Shown one piece after another: positions 1 through 14,199 of a stretch of 64,000 bases of DNA. Position 1 is the stretch's first letter, and each line of letters opens with the position of its first letter. Made by a program: the position numbers and the translations under genes. The DNA comes from Balanoglossus misakiensis. Its lineage: Eukaryota > Animalia > Hemichordata. The notes beneath the pieces are model-generated. The model was not told the DNA's origin. It worked only from the letters and a program-made list of their open reading frames with translations, and made no database searches. The stretch lies in the NCBI GenBank assembly GCA_040954595.2, contig CM082584.2:4840110-4904109 (forward strand), read 5' to 3'.

Positions 1-263
1 AAATGACAGCATACTTGTTATTTTGATTATTACAATTTGTATGTAGTCATTTACTAGTCATTTGCTGTGTTGTTTTATTCATGTGGTACATGTGTTTTAC
101 TGTATATTGCTTTATATGACCTCAGAACTGCATATTCTACTACATTGTCTATATCGTGCGTATCCAGCCTCGTGTTTAGATCGCTTTTAACTTACAAACT
201 GCACTTCGTGGTGGGAAGAGTAATGCACAGTGTCTTAAGAAATGTTGTTTTCATTTCATAAAG

Positions 264-3200
264 ATACAGCCGGTCGGGCTCGGACCTACACAATTCAAAC
301 AACAACATCTACCGGAAAGGTCGTGCACAAATTTAAATCACTTGGCTTCATTCGAACTCTAAAAAGAGGAACCTACTAAGTTGTTTATATTTTGACACTT
401 TCTTTCCGATTAGGGGCCGTCGTGATGTGTCTGGAGAGATACCGAGAATCCCGGAAGGCCAACAAAACGGAACGCCCTTACGCAACGGACTGCTCTCCTC
501 GCCAAAGATCATCTTGCGGTTCCTGACCCATGCGGCAATGGTATTTGCATGCAAGGAAAATGCCGGGGTGAGAGGCTGTGAAACAAAAAAAGTCAAAAGC
601 ATTTAATTAATCTATTTGATTTTGTTAAGGATATCACCGATGTATAATTATTACTACCCATTGCTGCTATCTAGAATGAGCTGACCGTCATGCTAAATTG
701 GAACATGACTATGAATTCTGTGACAAATAAGCTAAAGACGTCATGCAAGAAGAGGTCGATTTACTCAACTCTGACAGTTTTAATTTCCTGAAGTTTCCGA
801 TAAACTATACGTTTAGAACAGTTTTTGTACAATACTGCTTAGTTTTAGTAATTATCTGAATATTTCTGACTATTTCAGGCGGTCGTCAAGTCAATTAATG
901 ACGCAAACATCACAGATAAGACAGTCGTCGATTTTATTTTGGGACACCTGGAAAGAGATGTCCATCTTCTGTCGAGAGCATTGGGACATGGCAGAGCCAA
1001 TGCAAGAACCATTCTACATCTCGTACTGCACGAAATGGCTAGGGTAGATAAGAAACCACATCAGCGTAAGCATATCAACAATTGTTTTTGATTCCAGCAG
1101 TACAATCACTGTTATGTTGCATTGTATTTCAGTTTAACCCTTTAATAAAATGCCTTGCTGTGATTTCCTCTGTATTCAAATAAAGTCGTTTTCCTGTTGA
1201 AGTCTCTATAGTGTATTATACATTTTCTGTGCAAGACAGTCGCACAGTTTAAAATACACCAACTTAATCTTACTTACAATAAACCTGTTGTATATATATA
1301 CACGAACTAATTTATATATCAGCTTTGTATAAAGTTATTGCGTGCACATTACTTTCAGTTCCTGGTTTCTTCAACATGCGTACTAAAAGTGAAGACAGAA
1401 TTAAATGGGAGTCAGACATGGTAAAATCAGTTCTGAGCCATTTCATAAAGGTAGGGTAAACATTCATTTGTTTAACGAGAATTTTTCATGGTCAAGATTG
1501 CTTGGTGCAAACACCTGGTGCAGACTGCTTCTTTGAAGGTGCACTTCGCGCAAAGCCTGATGCAGGCTAGGCTATGTAGGAATTTACACAGTAGTTGTTG
1601 GCGTAAAGAGGCCTGTGGTTTGTGACGATAATGTAGATCTTGCCTGCATCGTCATTCCAGAAGGCACCAAAAAGTTTTTTTATTACAAGTGTTAGCATGG
1701 CACAAACCAAATTCTCTAAAATTACCATGTAACATTAAATGGACATGTTCATTGATTCAATGATACATTTTGGTTTGTGAAAGTAACGTTTACGTTTATT
1801 TTTTCCGTGATATATAGGATTTGGAGAGAAAAGTGGACGATGCTACAGCATTGGCCGTTAAGGCTGCCAATCTAGGTAGGATATTTTCACCCAGTGGTTA
1901 CTGTGTGTATTTATTGCAGCCTAACTTTCACATATATGGTCCGGTCGTCAACAAGAATTATTACATCATTCAAAATTTCATATGGTATTTGTGGTGTTTA
2001 TAGCTTTTATCTGTTGGTTTGATTGTAATTGTCCAAACAAGATGAAGACCCTTTGGTGAAGATGATACTGGAACTTGATGAACACGACACAAGCATCGCC
2101 CAACCAGTATGCATGACCAAGGTATTTTGGAGTTACCGGCGCAAGCCATCCCTAGAAAAACTTGGAAGACTGGTCCAAGCGATCCCCATCGACCACGAAG
2201 GCAGCCACAAGCATCCGGTTCTGCTTGAATTTATTAAAATGGTAACTCTAATATTTTATTTGGGCAGAAATGAACCAGATACAGAAGTTTAAAGGGACAG
2301 TGATTTTAATTGTTTTTCAGTAGTAGTTCTGTGTTCCACCACAGTTTCTTGTTCCACCCCTACATGTTACAATGTACAGTACTCAGTTTGTCATCACAGC
2401 CTTTATGCGTATAACCAGCAACGTTTACGTTGAAAATTAATCCTATATAATTATTCTAATGTCAACAGTAACATTACACTATACTTTGTTGACAATCTGA
2501 ATACTTGGCATTAAATTTACTTTAGTGAGTTGATCAAGAAACTCCTGCTTTTGCACAGACCTACACAGTAAAATGGTCATCAACAGTTATGTTTATTGTC
2601 CCTTTAAAGTGCATTTTTGTGAGACGTTGACATAAATGAAAATAAAATTGTATTACTTCCTCCAGGAGCATCTTCTACGTGTCGTTCGGTACTTACCTGA
2701 CATAGTCAAACTGCAGAAATTATTGAAACGGACATATCACCGGAAAATAAGCAAGCAAGATGCTGATAAGTTGACATTATTAACATTCAACCTGCAGCTG
2801 AAGTGTGGTATGTGTATTAATTTTTAAAATTGCTCCAATAAAATACGCTTATTAATTACTGCAGTTTTCCCCAAACGGCAAGCTGCGGTACTTTATGCTG
2901 TAATACTGTTCGAGAATAGCAAATTTTCACCGCTTGTGTATCATTCCCATATTAGGTAAGTTTATATAAAAACGAGGCTCTGAGTTGAGCATGTAGACCC
3001 CAGTGTGGCATAAACAGTGCAGTAGGGAACAGTGAGTTTGGACTGAACCATGGTGATGAATAGGTTAAACTACAAGTCTATTACTAACTTGAATGTTATT
3101 GTTATTCCCATGCTACCTCAAGGACATTCTCAAGCAGAAGTAAAAACTCTGATAGACAGTTTTCGCAAGGCATGGAAATTATTAATGGTAGAGGGAGGTA

Positions 3201-6200
3201 CGTTTCAATCATTGTCCAAAGTTATTTATGAATTTATTTATATCTAACACATTTAAGATGTGGCGATGTGCCCTATCTAAGACCTCTAACATTTATCTTG
3301 GGTCTTCCTATGCATGTTATTTCATGCAACTCATTTATATTTTGAAGAACTCCATCCCTGTTCTTTGAATTAATTTGACAGGCGTAGTTACCCCAAGTCT
3401 TCCATGGGTTAACATGCCGCCAGTCATTATTGCTATTCTTAGTTGTTACATTTTAATTCTCCCAGCATACTATTAGTTAAAGTAATCAAAACAATACTCT
3501 GTGATAACAAATGATAACCTTGTTTGACCATAATATATTCCAATTTCGCTTCTAGTTTCCGATCCAAGCCAGATCTAGCAATAAGACCATACATTTAGCA
3601 CCAGTTTCCGATAATGTTTTGGAAAATTTCACGCACATTCCTTTCAGAAATTTCCAAAATTTATTGTCTTGGTTTCTATCTAAACAGGCCTCCAGGAACG
3701 TCTGCCGTGGGAGTTTCGAATGGACGATATTGGTCCTGAAACATCATTATCAGCTGTACTGCCCACAAAACGTGGCCGAGGACAATGTGTTTTAGCTTTG
3801 GTAAAGGACATTGTAGACATCCACAATACATTCCTTGAAAAGTGCACAGTCATCAGAAGAGACAGGTAGACCCAGCTCTTCCTAATAATTCATTTTTCTG
3901 CTTGTTATCTTCCGTCATTTATCACTGAATAAAATTAAAGCTGTTATAACTATATCATTATTTCAAAATATGTACTTGTACATATTTTGTAAGAACTTAT
4001 GTTGCCAAGGAAGATGATTTCAGATGTTTTCTTATCGGGTGGACAAGTAATCCTAGAAATAACCCTAGAACGATTATTAGTTTTCGTCATGTTACCTTCA
4101 TCACAATGATACCAACAACAGTTCCACTACCTTCTTTCGTACTGCTTTGTCTTTGTCATTCTCTTTGCAATTCGTCCGTGAAATGTGAATATGTCCCCCA
4201 TCTTCTTTCACCCAGCATTGACAAGCAGGCGGTGAAGCTATCAGAAGTCAATCTAGTTAACCTTATCAACTATGATCCAGAAAGAGACTCCGGACAACTA
4301 GTGGCACTACACTGTGACTATTCACTGGAGGTTGGAGAAAGATCCTATCTGAGATATGACTTCATGGCCGTGGAGAGACACGTCATCAAATCATTTGTCC
4401 AGGGAAAAGCTATCATCCAGAACGAGGTGAAGTGAAACGGTCAATATTCCACCACTAACATAATCTGCACTCAGGTTATGCCACATTTTCGTGATGAAAA
4501 AATCATGCGTCCATTTAATCATTAACCAGATACACTATACACAACTAAACCCTCCATGTCAATGATTTATACGGAATAGACGGAGTTATAGTGTTCGAGT
4601 TCATTGTTTTGCATAGCTACCTACAGTTGTATGGCCATTACGAAGTGTGAACTTGTCAGTCAAATCATCAAGTGTTCCTTAGTCACAGCTGAAGAGATTG
4701 CCTCAATTTCATGACCTTTTAAAGTTTTATTTTCCAACTTAATTGACACTGAGGGATTTCCCTACAGGACTTATCGTTGGAATTCTCGGAGAATGCGTTT
4801 GATAAGACGTCCTTTGATCTCTTGAGAAGTACTGCACTTATCCCGCAAGTAAGTATTCAACAGTTCTATACATCATATGTGTGTTTGAAGTTAAATTCAG
4901 AATGCGTTGTGTCTGTACCTTAACATCAGTACTTGGAGCAATTTTGTCGAATGAATTATTTTTTAACAAAAATCACAAATCCTCAGCGACCCGAAAATGT
5001 TTACTACTTTTCGGATACATACTTCCCTGTGTTGTGTGATTTGTAATAGTCAACCCATTAACACATATCTTGCAAGATGTCATTTTCTTGACCCCTATAT
5101 GACCTTACATCATAACTTCCGTTGGATTTGTCTAAATTGAACATTTTGGGATGAGAAGCGTGTAAAATGTTGCTTTAAAAAAGAGTCACGGTTTTAATTT
5201 AATACTTAATGTATTGACTACAGCTGCGTGCAGTTATATAACTTTTGTAAAGGTTACCCAGGTGGATTCTCAAGAATTGAAGTATACGAGCATTTACGAT
5301 CATGTGTGAATCATGAAAATGACATATTGAGTCATCTGCTCTTGTTGTTGCCTTATGGAAAAAAATAATTGACTTGCTGTACATTTTCATCTTCTAAGGT
5401 GGACCTCGCCCCCAATATCGAAAGTGATATTATCTCCGAAGTACGCGAGCGTCTCTGTTTGCCAGACCTGTGCACTTCGTTGAGAGTAATTGGTCTGGTC
5501 ATCAGTATAATCAGTACTTCCGGTGGAGATAAGGAGATGCGCATACATGATTACTTGACAGACGTACTTCGCATAAAACCAGAGGAAGGCCTGCTGTGTG
5601 AAAAGGTCCAAAAGAGAAATGTTTCAATAATGCTCATATAGGCCACAACTTTGGTGGTTCTTGATTATGTTCACTTTCTGTAATGTTCGATTGCAATAGC
5701 GCACTTTACAGTTTCATAATTTGAAATAACACATTTAAGAATAAATTTAAATGTCCACTTTCTGTAACTTCAATGTTTTTTTCTGTATTTTACTGTACCA
5801 ACTACAGTTTTTGTTCTTTGCCTTATACAAGTAGTATTGCAGACTTTCTACTCATCAATAGTTTGTGTGTATATGTAAAGATCATTGTACGGTTGCTGTT
5901 AACAGATGCATTCAAGGCTGAACCAATAACAATGTCCATTGCACACAGCTAGGACGTTCTGGGAAGATCAAATGCTTTCTCACAGTGTATGGCATTGTAA
6001 AGCAAGTTCTCTTTTCAAGCCTTCGTGAATTCATAAAACATATTTTCTTACACTGCCCGTTTCTATCATGTCTGTAGGCCAAAAGGACTTGCACCCTGTC
6101 CCATGCCAAAGGCTTGTGGCACATATTTGTTGTTGAAAGAGCAAAATTACTCTTGCAGGGCGAACTGGTAAGGCGACTGTTTTATCATTTTTAGAAAGTG

Positions 6201-7071
6201 TTTAGTGTTTATTTTTTAGTCCCGGGGACATTGGTATATGGGGTGGGGAGTTAATAAACTCTGGAGCTTACATTTATTAATAGCTTCCATCATAAGGAAG
6301 TGGTCACCCATGTGTCTGACAATGCTCACCAATGGAGAGCATTATTATGACAATTGCACCGAATTACTGACAAAATCAACTGCAGGCGCGAATCGTAGAA
6401 TGTTGTGAGGGAACTGGCTATGTCATGTTTATTATCTGTTACTTTAATATTTAATAAGGTTTTGTTACAGTGCACTCTACTGACATCTATTCATGGAGTT
6501 TTGTTATATGGAGTTTTGTTATCTGTGATAGTATCCTATTTTAATTATAGGATCCATTTGAAGATATCTGTAAGGACTTCAAAAATAGTATTCCTGACGA
6601 TCTCAGCAAAACCCTAAAGAAGGATATGACTGCCATCAGTTACCATAATGGCGACGTTTACAAGCTTTTGAAATTGTCGCTGGAGTTCATAAGTGTAGAA
6701 CTGAAAGAGGACGTGCAGACAGAAGTATTACCTGACGACAAGTAAGGAAAACACTTTACTTCGTTATAACTTTGTACAAATGTAGATCAAGCTTTAACTC
6801 GCGTTCAAACCCAAACGTCTTTTTCGTGTTCCATTTATTGCATACAGTACGCTCTGTCTAGTGTAATGTACACTAATGGGACTTAAACACTTGTTGTAAA
6901 CTGTGTTTTATTTTTATTTTTACTTATAGTCTATTTCAACACCTTGCTCGCTGCGGTTGCAATATGAACGGCGCTAGTGATCTTCTGGCGAAGCTGCGTG
7001 CCTCGCAGGCCGTAGACCTCTGGAAGAAGATCAACAACCATCACACCACCCTGCAGCAGAAAGAGCACTGA
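264..7071 (+). CDS. RNF213: RNF213-like paralog, copy A, C-terminal exons only (5' part outside window)
   Basis: Exons 264-319 (tentative), 414-567, 879-1065, 1359-1450, 1818-1875, 2042-2241, 2666-2807, 3123-3197, 3688-3865, 4216-4426, 4768-4848, 5399-5605, 6078-6167, 6551-6741, 6930-7071 (TGA). All have GT-AG boundaries, compatible phases and no internal stops. Each is the reverse-complement counterpart of a copy-B exon. The protein ends ...QAVDLWKKINNHHTTLQQKEH*. Confidence 0.9.
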
Positions 7072-8232
7072 GAGGCCTCTATGAGAAGACGATACCACGA
7101 CGATACTCACTGGCCACTAGACAGTGACTCGCTAGAAATGCCGGTACTTGCTCTGTGGTATGAACACAATCTCACAGTCATGTACGCATTCGACGTCACA
7201 CATTTCTCCATCGAGAAAATGCCTGAAGCGGATATATGCGCTGTCTGTATTGCGCATGGGAAATATATATGTGCACTAACGGCTGATATTTTACCGCATC
7301 GGATATTAATACTATAATTATAAAATTCAATCAAATACTATTTTGCGTCACATGTTATTTTTGTGTGCACAACATCATGTCATATATAAGCAAACTGCAT
7401 AATGTGCTACAACGGCCAAGGAAAGTTTAATGACATGTAACCATTGCACCATCCAAATGATACTTTTGAAATTGAAATCTAAACTCTGTGTGATGTGTAA
7501 TGATCAGTCCTATATTTGTATGATATTTGAATGATAGTGACTGTTAAGCGAGAATGATACAGAATTTATTTATGTACTATTACTATTTGATATGGTAAAA
7601 ACCATGATGTAGAACTTGGAATGTAAGGGAATAGTTTCATTCACCACCATGTTCCTTCTGTTTGAAACATCTTCTGTGAAACGAATAGCTGTCTGTCATG
7701 TTTTGCAACACTACATATCTGAAGATATGTAACCAGACAAACATGGTAGTTATCAGACATTTATTTTCCCTGAAAATGTCACATTGTAAATGTACCAATC
7801 TGTTAAACAAGATTTAATGTGGTTTTACGCAGTTAAGTGTGTTTACTCGTTTACAGATAAAGTCATACGCCTGTAATCTAATGCTCTGGTGATTTATTAA
7901 GTATGGTCAAAGTTAACTGCACATGTGTAATTCTAAATCTTTTATAAATTCTTTACAGTGCAGCCATTTTATTCTTTGTTCTGACTTGTACGTTAAAGCA
8001 ATTGCACACAAAGAGATCAAATAGATTCAGTTTATTAACATTTCAATGGTGTACCCAGCAATATGGCCGATAATAATTATGGGCAGGCTTATAATGAAAG
8101 AAATATGTCAGCATTGGGTACAGTGTATTGTTGATAGTGTTGATAGAAGCATTTATAAAACTTAATTCTTGTTAAATATGTGTCAATATTTTGAATATCT
8201 GAGAATAACTCGTAATTTACTTACTGTATTCC

Positions 8233-8238
8233 AATAAA
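8233..8238 (+). terminator. Putative polyadenylation signal AATAAA of copy A
   Basis: AATAAA about 1.16 kb after the stop codon, conserved in copy B, at the end of arm homology. Confidence 0.55.
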
Positions 8239-8401
8239 ATTAATAACACATATTGATAATCTATATTATGGTCAGAGAGCACCATCCCACGTGCAGGCGT
8301 CAAATCGTGATATTGCCCTCGCTATCATGTGTTATTATTTAATCAATTACTCATATGTTTGGCCATTGGTTTTGTTCCATCCAGGAATTTCTGATAGAGT
8401 A

Positions 8402-9252
8402 CAATCTGATTAAAATCAGATGTAGGGAACGGCGACTTGGTTTTTTTATGCTGTCGCCTCACACTACATCTGACCAACTCTCAATGGAGATCCCGCTGAA
8501 CTCTCGCGTTCCGACCCGGCCAATCAGATTGCGTGTTATGCCGACTAAAGAATTGCACTGGGAGATAGGAGAAATGTTGTTGTTGACTTCGAGTATCGCA
8601 CAGAATACGAAAGATTGGCTTTCTCTTGTGAACAATTACATGTAATCCCATGGTATCTTTCTTTCTTTGGCGTTATCGTATTCGAGTGGTTTTCGCAGAG
8701 CAGTGGAAACGTCGAGCTGTAGCCATATACAAATGATCAACTGTCGTTGATCATTTATAAACTCTCCTAACAAGTCATGTTCGCCCTCGTAGTCACGCTG
8801 CCAGTCGGGAAAATGACGTACTTCATGTAAAAGTTTATAAAAAAAATAAACCAAATTTCACTGCCATGTATCCCAAAACAATTTATGTGACAGATTTTTA
8901 AAAAGAACGCTAACTTCGGCTAAGGAACGTCAAGTCATAGCTCCGCCTTCAGGTATGTGTGTTCCCGACGCACCACAGCCCTGCATAAGGCCCCATAGAC
9001 AAAACTGGTGCGTCTGCGGTCCGGACCCGGACGCCCGACCGCAGCTTTTTCTGTCGAAATTCGATTTTATCGAAGCAAAATCCTTTCTCTGTCTACTTCA
9101 ACCGACCCCAAATATGATGCGATTAACTTCTTCTAACGTCCGTGTAACGCCGGGAACACACACTGCAGACCTGCACGCAGAGCTAGTCAGTGTGAGGCGA
9201 CAGCATAAAAATACCACGTCGCCGTTCGCTACATCTGATTTTAATCAGATTG
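8402..9252. mobile_element. Non-autonomous TIR element (MITE) with a 9-bp TSD, Mutator/Merlin-like
   Basis: TIRs of about 60 bp: CAATCTGATTAAAATCAGATGTAG... / ...CTACATCTGATTTTAATCAGATTG. Exact 9-bp direct repeat GATAGAGTA at 8393-8401 and 9253-9261. No transposase ORF. Confidence 0.85.
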
Positions 9253-10030
9253 GATAGAGTAGTGACTGCTTTGCAAAACAATGTTGATAATCTATATGTT
9301 TATGGTTTCTGATTGGTCTCACTGACGAGTTCCTAAAGTCTCCAAATTGAATTTGTTTAATTTCCTTTCAAACTTTTTACCATTTCTCTCTGTCTATGTT
9401 GGCCAAGAGCTCCCTTCCTTCAACATTTTATATCTGGAAAGCACCCTGTTTCAGTAAACACATGGGTCGTGTAACCTCCGATTTTTTCACCATTTCTGCT
9501 GTTCGGTTTGCGCCCAGTTACCATGCAAGTGCCCCTCGGGTAAGAACGACGTTTTTTGCACCTATCAAGATGGCTGCATATACAGATGCTGTCCACATTT
9601 CTCCACAAATACGTGTATTTTGACCAATATTAGACTTCTGAAGACTTAAATTTCCCATTGTTATATACAATGTCAGTAAGACAGACAAACTCTTGTTTTC
9701 TGTGGGAAAATTTAATCCTTTCAGACTACTTCGCTTGTGTTGAACACCCTGCAGCTGATAAGATTACCTTTAGATGGTGCATTGAAATTCGTTTATGCTT
9801 GCTTTAGTTTTCAGACATTTTAGTGCAAACTTCAAGTATATTATTGTGTCAGAATTTATAGAAAAAATCTGATATCTATATTTTGATACAATTATATTTT
9901 CAAAACTGACTGCATTATAGTCAAGACTTTTCTGTGTGATGAGTGTGCCCTATACAGGGGGGGGGGAAATGCAAATTTGAAATTGTTGGTAATCGTTTTG
10001 AAACCTTTGCCAGTTCAATTGCCAATTAAA

Positions 10031-10589
10031 ATTTTAGTCGCCTAAAGTGGGAGCATTACCAATTAATGTGGCATTAATACTTTAATACAAATTATTCTTT
10101 TTGCTGCCTGCATCTACTCAGTCCAAGTTTATTGTCCAACTCCTCGTATCATTGCAGCATTGCAGCATCAGTACTAGCTCTTCGAGCGGTGTTTAATAGC
10201 CTGTGCAAAGTTCTACTAATTTTGTGCGGGCAATTTGCGAAATTTACAGTTTAAAAGTTGACGAATTATGATATATGTTAATGAGGCCAAAGGTCAAACA
10301 CGGCTGCCCATTTCGTTTATATAAAGCAAAATGATGACTGAAATTTATACAACCAAATCATTAAACTACAGCTTTCGTATAAAATAACTGAATTATGCAA
10401 AGTTCTACTAATTTTCTGTGGGCAATTTGCGAAATTTGCAGCGTAAAAGTTGACGAATTATGAATATGTTAATGAGGCCAAAGGTCACACACGGCTGCCC
10501 CATTCATTTATATAAAGTAAGGTGATGGCTGAAATTTATACAAATAATCCGATAGGCGGGCACATAACAACAACTACAGTGTGCTTGTC
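10031..10589 (-). mobile_element. Probable Helentron-associated non-autonomous element (HINE) with two units of about 192 bp
   Basis: Tandem units start about 10205 and 10397 (GCAAAGTTCTACTAATTTT...). On the minus strand it starts ACAAGCAC.. and ends ..TAGGCGACTAAAA, with a short sub-terminal IR (CGCCTA/TAGGCG). Confidence 0.5.
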
Positions 10590-10609
10590 ACATCGCAGTT
10601 ATTGAAAAC

Positions 10610-13600
10610 GAGCCACTCAATACAAAAATGCCTTTTTGGCAAGTTTTTGACCAAAAAGGCCATTTTTTGAAAAAAATTAAAATTAAACTTTTCTTCATAA
10701 AGTTCAGAGATCATGTGATATATGAAAAGGTCATTCTATGTAAAAATTGGTACTGATTCTGGAAATAACAGTCTTATTGACCCCACTCAAGACAAAATTG
10801 CCATTTTTGCCACTTTTTGCCCCAAAAAGGTCATTTTTAGAAAACATTCAAAACTTAAATATTTTCTTCACTTTCGGAGATGTGATGATGTATTATATAC
10901 CCACTCTATGTAAAATTTGTTTAATATTCCAAAATAGAAGCTTTATTGACGCCACTCAAGACAAAAGTGCCTTTTTAGCAAGTTTTTGTCCTAAAAAGCC
11001 ATTTTCAGGAAAACAATGAAAAAACAAACTGTTTTCTTCATATTTGGAGATTTGATGATGTATGAAAAGTCCATTTTATGTAAAATAGGTTTTGTTTCCA
11101 GAAAAGCAGTCTTATTGACCTCAATCATGATGAAAACACCTTTGTGGCTATGTTTTGCACAACTTTGGAATGGTTATTTTTTTTTGAAAATAATTATAAC
11201 GTACGGTGATCTTATGATAAATAAAAGCCCATTCAATATTAAAATGCGGTTATGTTCCAAAAACGGAAGTCTTACTTACCCTATTCAAAAGAAAATTGCC
11301 ATTTTGGCCACGTTTTTGGTAAAAAACGGTCATTTAAAAAAATATAAATAGTTTTCTTCATATTCAGAGATCTGATCATGTATGAAAAGTGTGACTATTC
11401 CAAAAACGGCAGTCTGGTTGGCCCCACTCTAGTCAAAATTGCCTTTTTGGCCATTTATTGCCTAAAATAGACCTACCCAAAACAAATGTATCATTTTACC
11501 CATTTTCTAGAGAAAACATGTTTGCATTTGGAGTTTTGCAAAATTAGCCCAAATTTAACTCATGATGATGATGAAACATCACCGAGAGAAAAAGAAGTTA
11601 CGAACTGAACCAAGTTTATGAATGTATACACAAGCGCCCAGGATACATGATACAGACGACAAAAAGACAGGCATTGCACATGGCAAATTCCCAAATATTC
11701 CCATAGAGCAGTTCCAAATTAAAACGTCAAGGAATTTAAGTGTTTTTTTTTAATTATTTATTTGGTTTAATAGGCCCACATTTTCCCTGCTGCGTGTTAG
11801 TTCAGGGGCCAGTTTTAGTAGTGCTCAATTAAGTATTCTAGTATCATTGGATTGCACTTCTGTCCAATCAGAATGACGGAGGTATCATGATATAAATTAT
11901 AATATAATTTCTGATTTTGTACATGTATTCAGATTGGAGAGGATAAATTTCAACAATCTCTCCAGAGATCCAGATCGTCTTATTGTTGAGTTCAGTTTTG
12001 GGCTAAATGTGCCAAATTGTGGCAACTCTGTCAATATCATTAATTTAATTGTTATTATATGTTTTAAATATGCATATACAACATTAGAACTCAAAAGGCA
12101 AAAACATCAATTATATTTGGTTTCTGAAAATGACTATTGTTGCCAAAAGATGGCTAAATGGCAATTTTGTACTGACTGGGGTGTCTCAATAACACTGTTG
12201 TGTTGGTATCAGCATATTTTTTGCAAAAAATGGACTTTCCATTCATCATCAAATCTCCAAACATGAAGAAAACAGTTTGTTCTTAATTTTTTCTAAAAAT
12301 GCCCCTTTTCGGCAAAAAGTGGCAAAATGGCAATTTTGTCTTGAGTGGGGTCAATAAGACTGCTATTTTTGAAATCAGCACCAATTTTTACATAGAAAAA
12401 CTTGTATATCACATGATCTGTGAACTATATGAAGAAAAGTTTAATTTTAATTGTTTTCTAAAAATGGTCTTTTTGGGCAAACACGTGCCAAAAAGGCATT
12501 TTTGTATTGTATCAATAAAATTGCTTTTTTGGAATAGTCACCAAATTTTACATAGAATGGGCATATTGAACACCTATTGCCTGGCCATGAGGGCCATAGC
12601 GGCCGTTTATTACACCCGAGGGGCTGTGAGTTACCAGAATCATATGCTATTTCCCGAGGCTGCAGGCCGAGGGAAATAGCATATGATTCTGGTAACTCAC
12701 AGTCACGAGGGGGTAAAAACGGCTGCTATGGCCCGAATATAGGCCAGGCTATAGGTGTTTTATAATAAACCTCATGCTAACAGCTGGGAAAATCTTGCAA
12801 TTTTCTCTTGAGGTTGGCAGACGACATCTTCCGCGGTGGCCATTGTGTCAGACGACGCGACGCTGATTGACGTGACCGAGTCTGCGCACTCACGCTGGTC
12901 ACGTGACCGGTTTATATTTTTTCTGCTATTTCCCTAGCGGTTCATAGTCGATTCTATTTTCCTATCACGTGACGGATTCTGGCGAATCACGGCACAGTAT
13001 TAGCATGAGGTATATTATAAAATATACTATCAGATATCCCTAAGTGACGAAAATATATATAAGTTTTGAGTGGTTTCTAAAAATGACCTTTTTGGGCAAA
13101 CAGTGGCAAAAATGGCAATTTTGTCTTGATTGGAGTCAATAAGACTGTTTTAGTTTTTATAGTCACCACTTTCATCATAGAATTGACTTTCCATATATCA
13201 TCACATCAACCAATATGAAGAAAACTGTGTTTTAAATTTTGTCTAAAAATGACGTTTTTGGGCAAAATGGTCAAAATGGCAATTTTTTTCTTATATACGG
13301 GGTCAATCAGACTGCTTTTTTCATAATATCCACCAAATTTTACATAAAATGGGCATATCATATGTCATAAGATCTCCGAATATGACGAAAACAGTGTGTT
13401 TTTGGTGTTTTCTAAAAATGACATTTTTTGGGTTAAAAGTGGTCAAAATGGCAATTTTGTCTGGAGAAGGGTCAATAAGACTGACTATCTTGGAATCAGC
13501 ACCATTTTTTTTATACATAGAATGGACTTCTCAAACCTTCCGTACCTTCCTTTGTACAGCGAAAATCAGTTTTGACCCAAAAAATTGAAAAATACGCATG

Positions 13601-13738
13601 ACTTTTTTCAGTAGAACAATGTTTATTTTGTTTGCATATATAATGAAGACTTATTGTAGAAAAAATCTACTTCTGCCAAAAACCATACTGGAAAAATCAA
13701 TTTTCTAAAGGCTTTTTCAGGGTTGGACCCATAGACTA
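10610..13738 (-). mobile_element. Older, left-truncated relative of the Academ-like foldback element at 29988-34337
   Basis: Same AT-rich sub-terminal repeat of about 150 bp (GTCTTATTGACCCCACTCAAGACAAAATTGCCATTTT), forward at 10610-11470 and inverted at 12130-13530. The core 11470-12130 is the reverse complement of about 32220-32960. Possible CTA-3' end at 13738. Confidence 0.7.
12567..13020. mobile_element. Crypton-like hairpin-ended non-autonomous element nested in the foldback element
   Basis: Palindrome of about 190 bp at 12569-12759, then a body bounded by the IR CCTCATGCTAA/TTAGCATGAGG. Contains CACGTGAC. No TSD. Confidence 0.65.
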
Positions 13739-14199
13739 TAAATCACGCATGCTCAGTGACGCTCACATGACCAACTTTCAGCCAATCAGGGAAGGCCACC
13801 ATTCGCATTGCGGCTCAGTACTTTTTCAGGCGGCACTGCTCGTACACGCTGCTTTCACTTTGTCATAGCAGTTTGCTTTCACCCTCCCTCCTATCCCTCT
13901 GCCGTGTAGTTGCTTGACCTTTTTACAAATGTCACCTTTCATGATGTGCTTGTATTTTTTGCTTGTCTTTTACATTTTGTATACATTTTGTATAGGGGCT
14001 GTAGGCCTAGATGTAGATTTTTTGTTAGTGATGAGTTTCTGTAGTTTAATAAAGTCTCCCTGACACCAAAATCTGATTTGAGTTTGTGTGGTTTAAAGCG
14101 CGTAACCCGTCTCACACGCATGTTCCAGCTGTAGCCGCTAGTTACAGACGTTTAGTGAACAGTCAATCCCATAAGGCAGTGCTCTGTCCTAAACAACAG

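Larger units (their letters stand above)
1..8248 (+). repeat. Left arm of a large inverted duplication (partner about 14673-23271); continues past the window start
   Basis: Position 1 AAATGACAGCATACTTGTTATTTTG is the reverse complement of about 23247-23271. Exons, introns and the 3'UTR are colinear and highly similar. Confidence 0.95.

Noticed and set aside
10722-13588. F/K/L-rich ORFs in the foldback repeats (also 30923-33355)
   Set aside because: These are translations of AT-rich tandem repeats with no transposase motifs.
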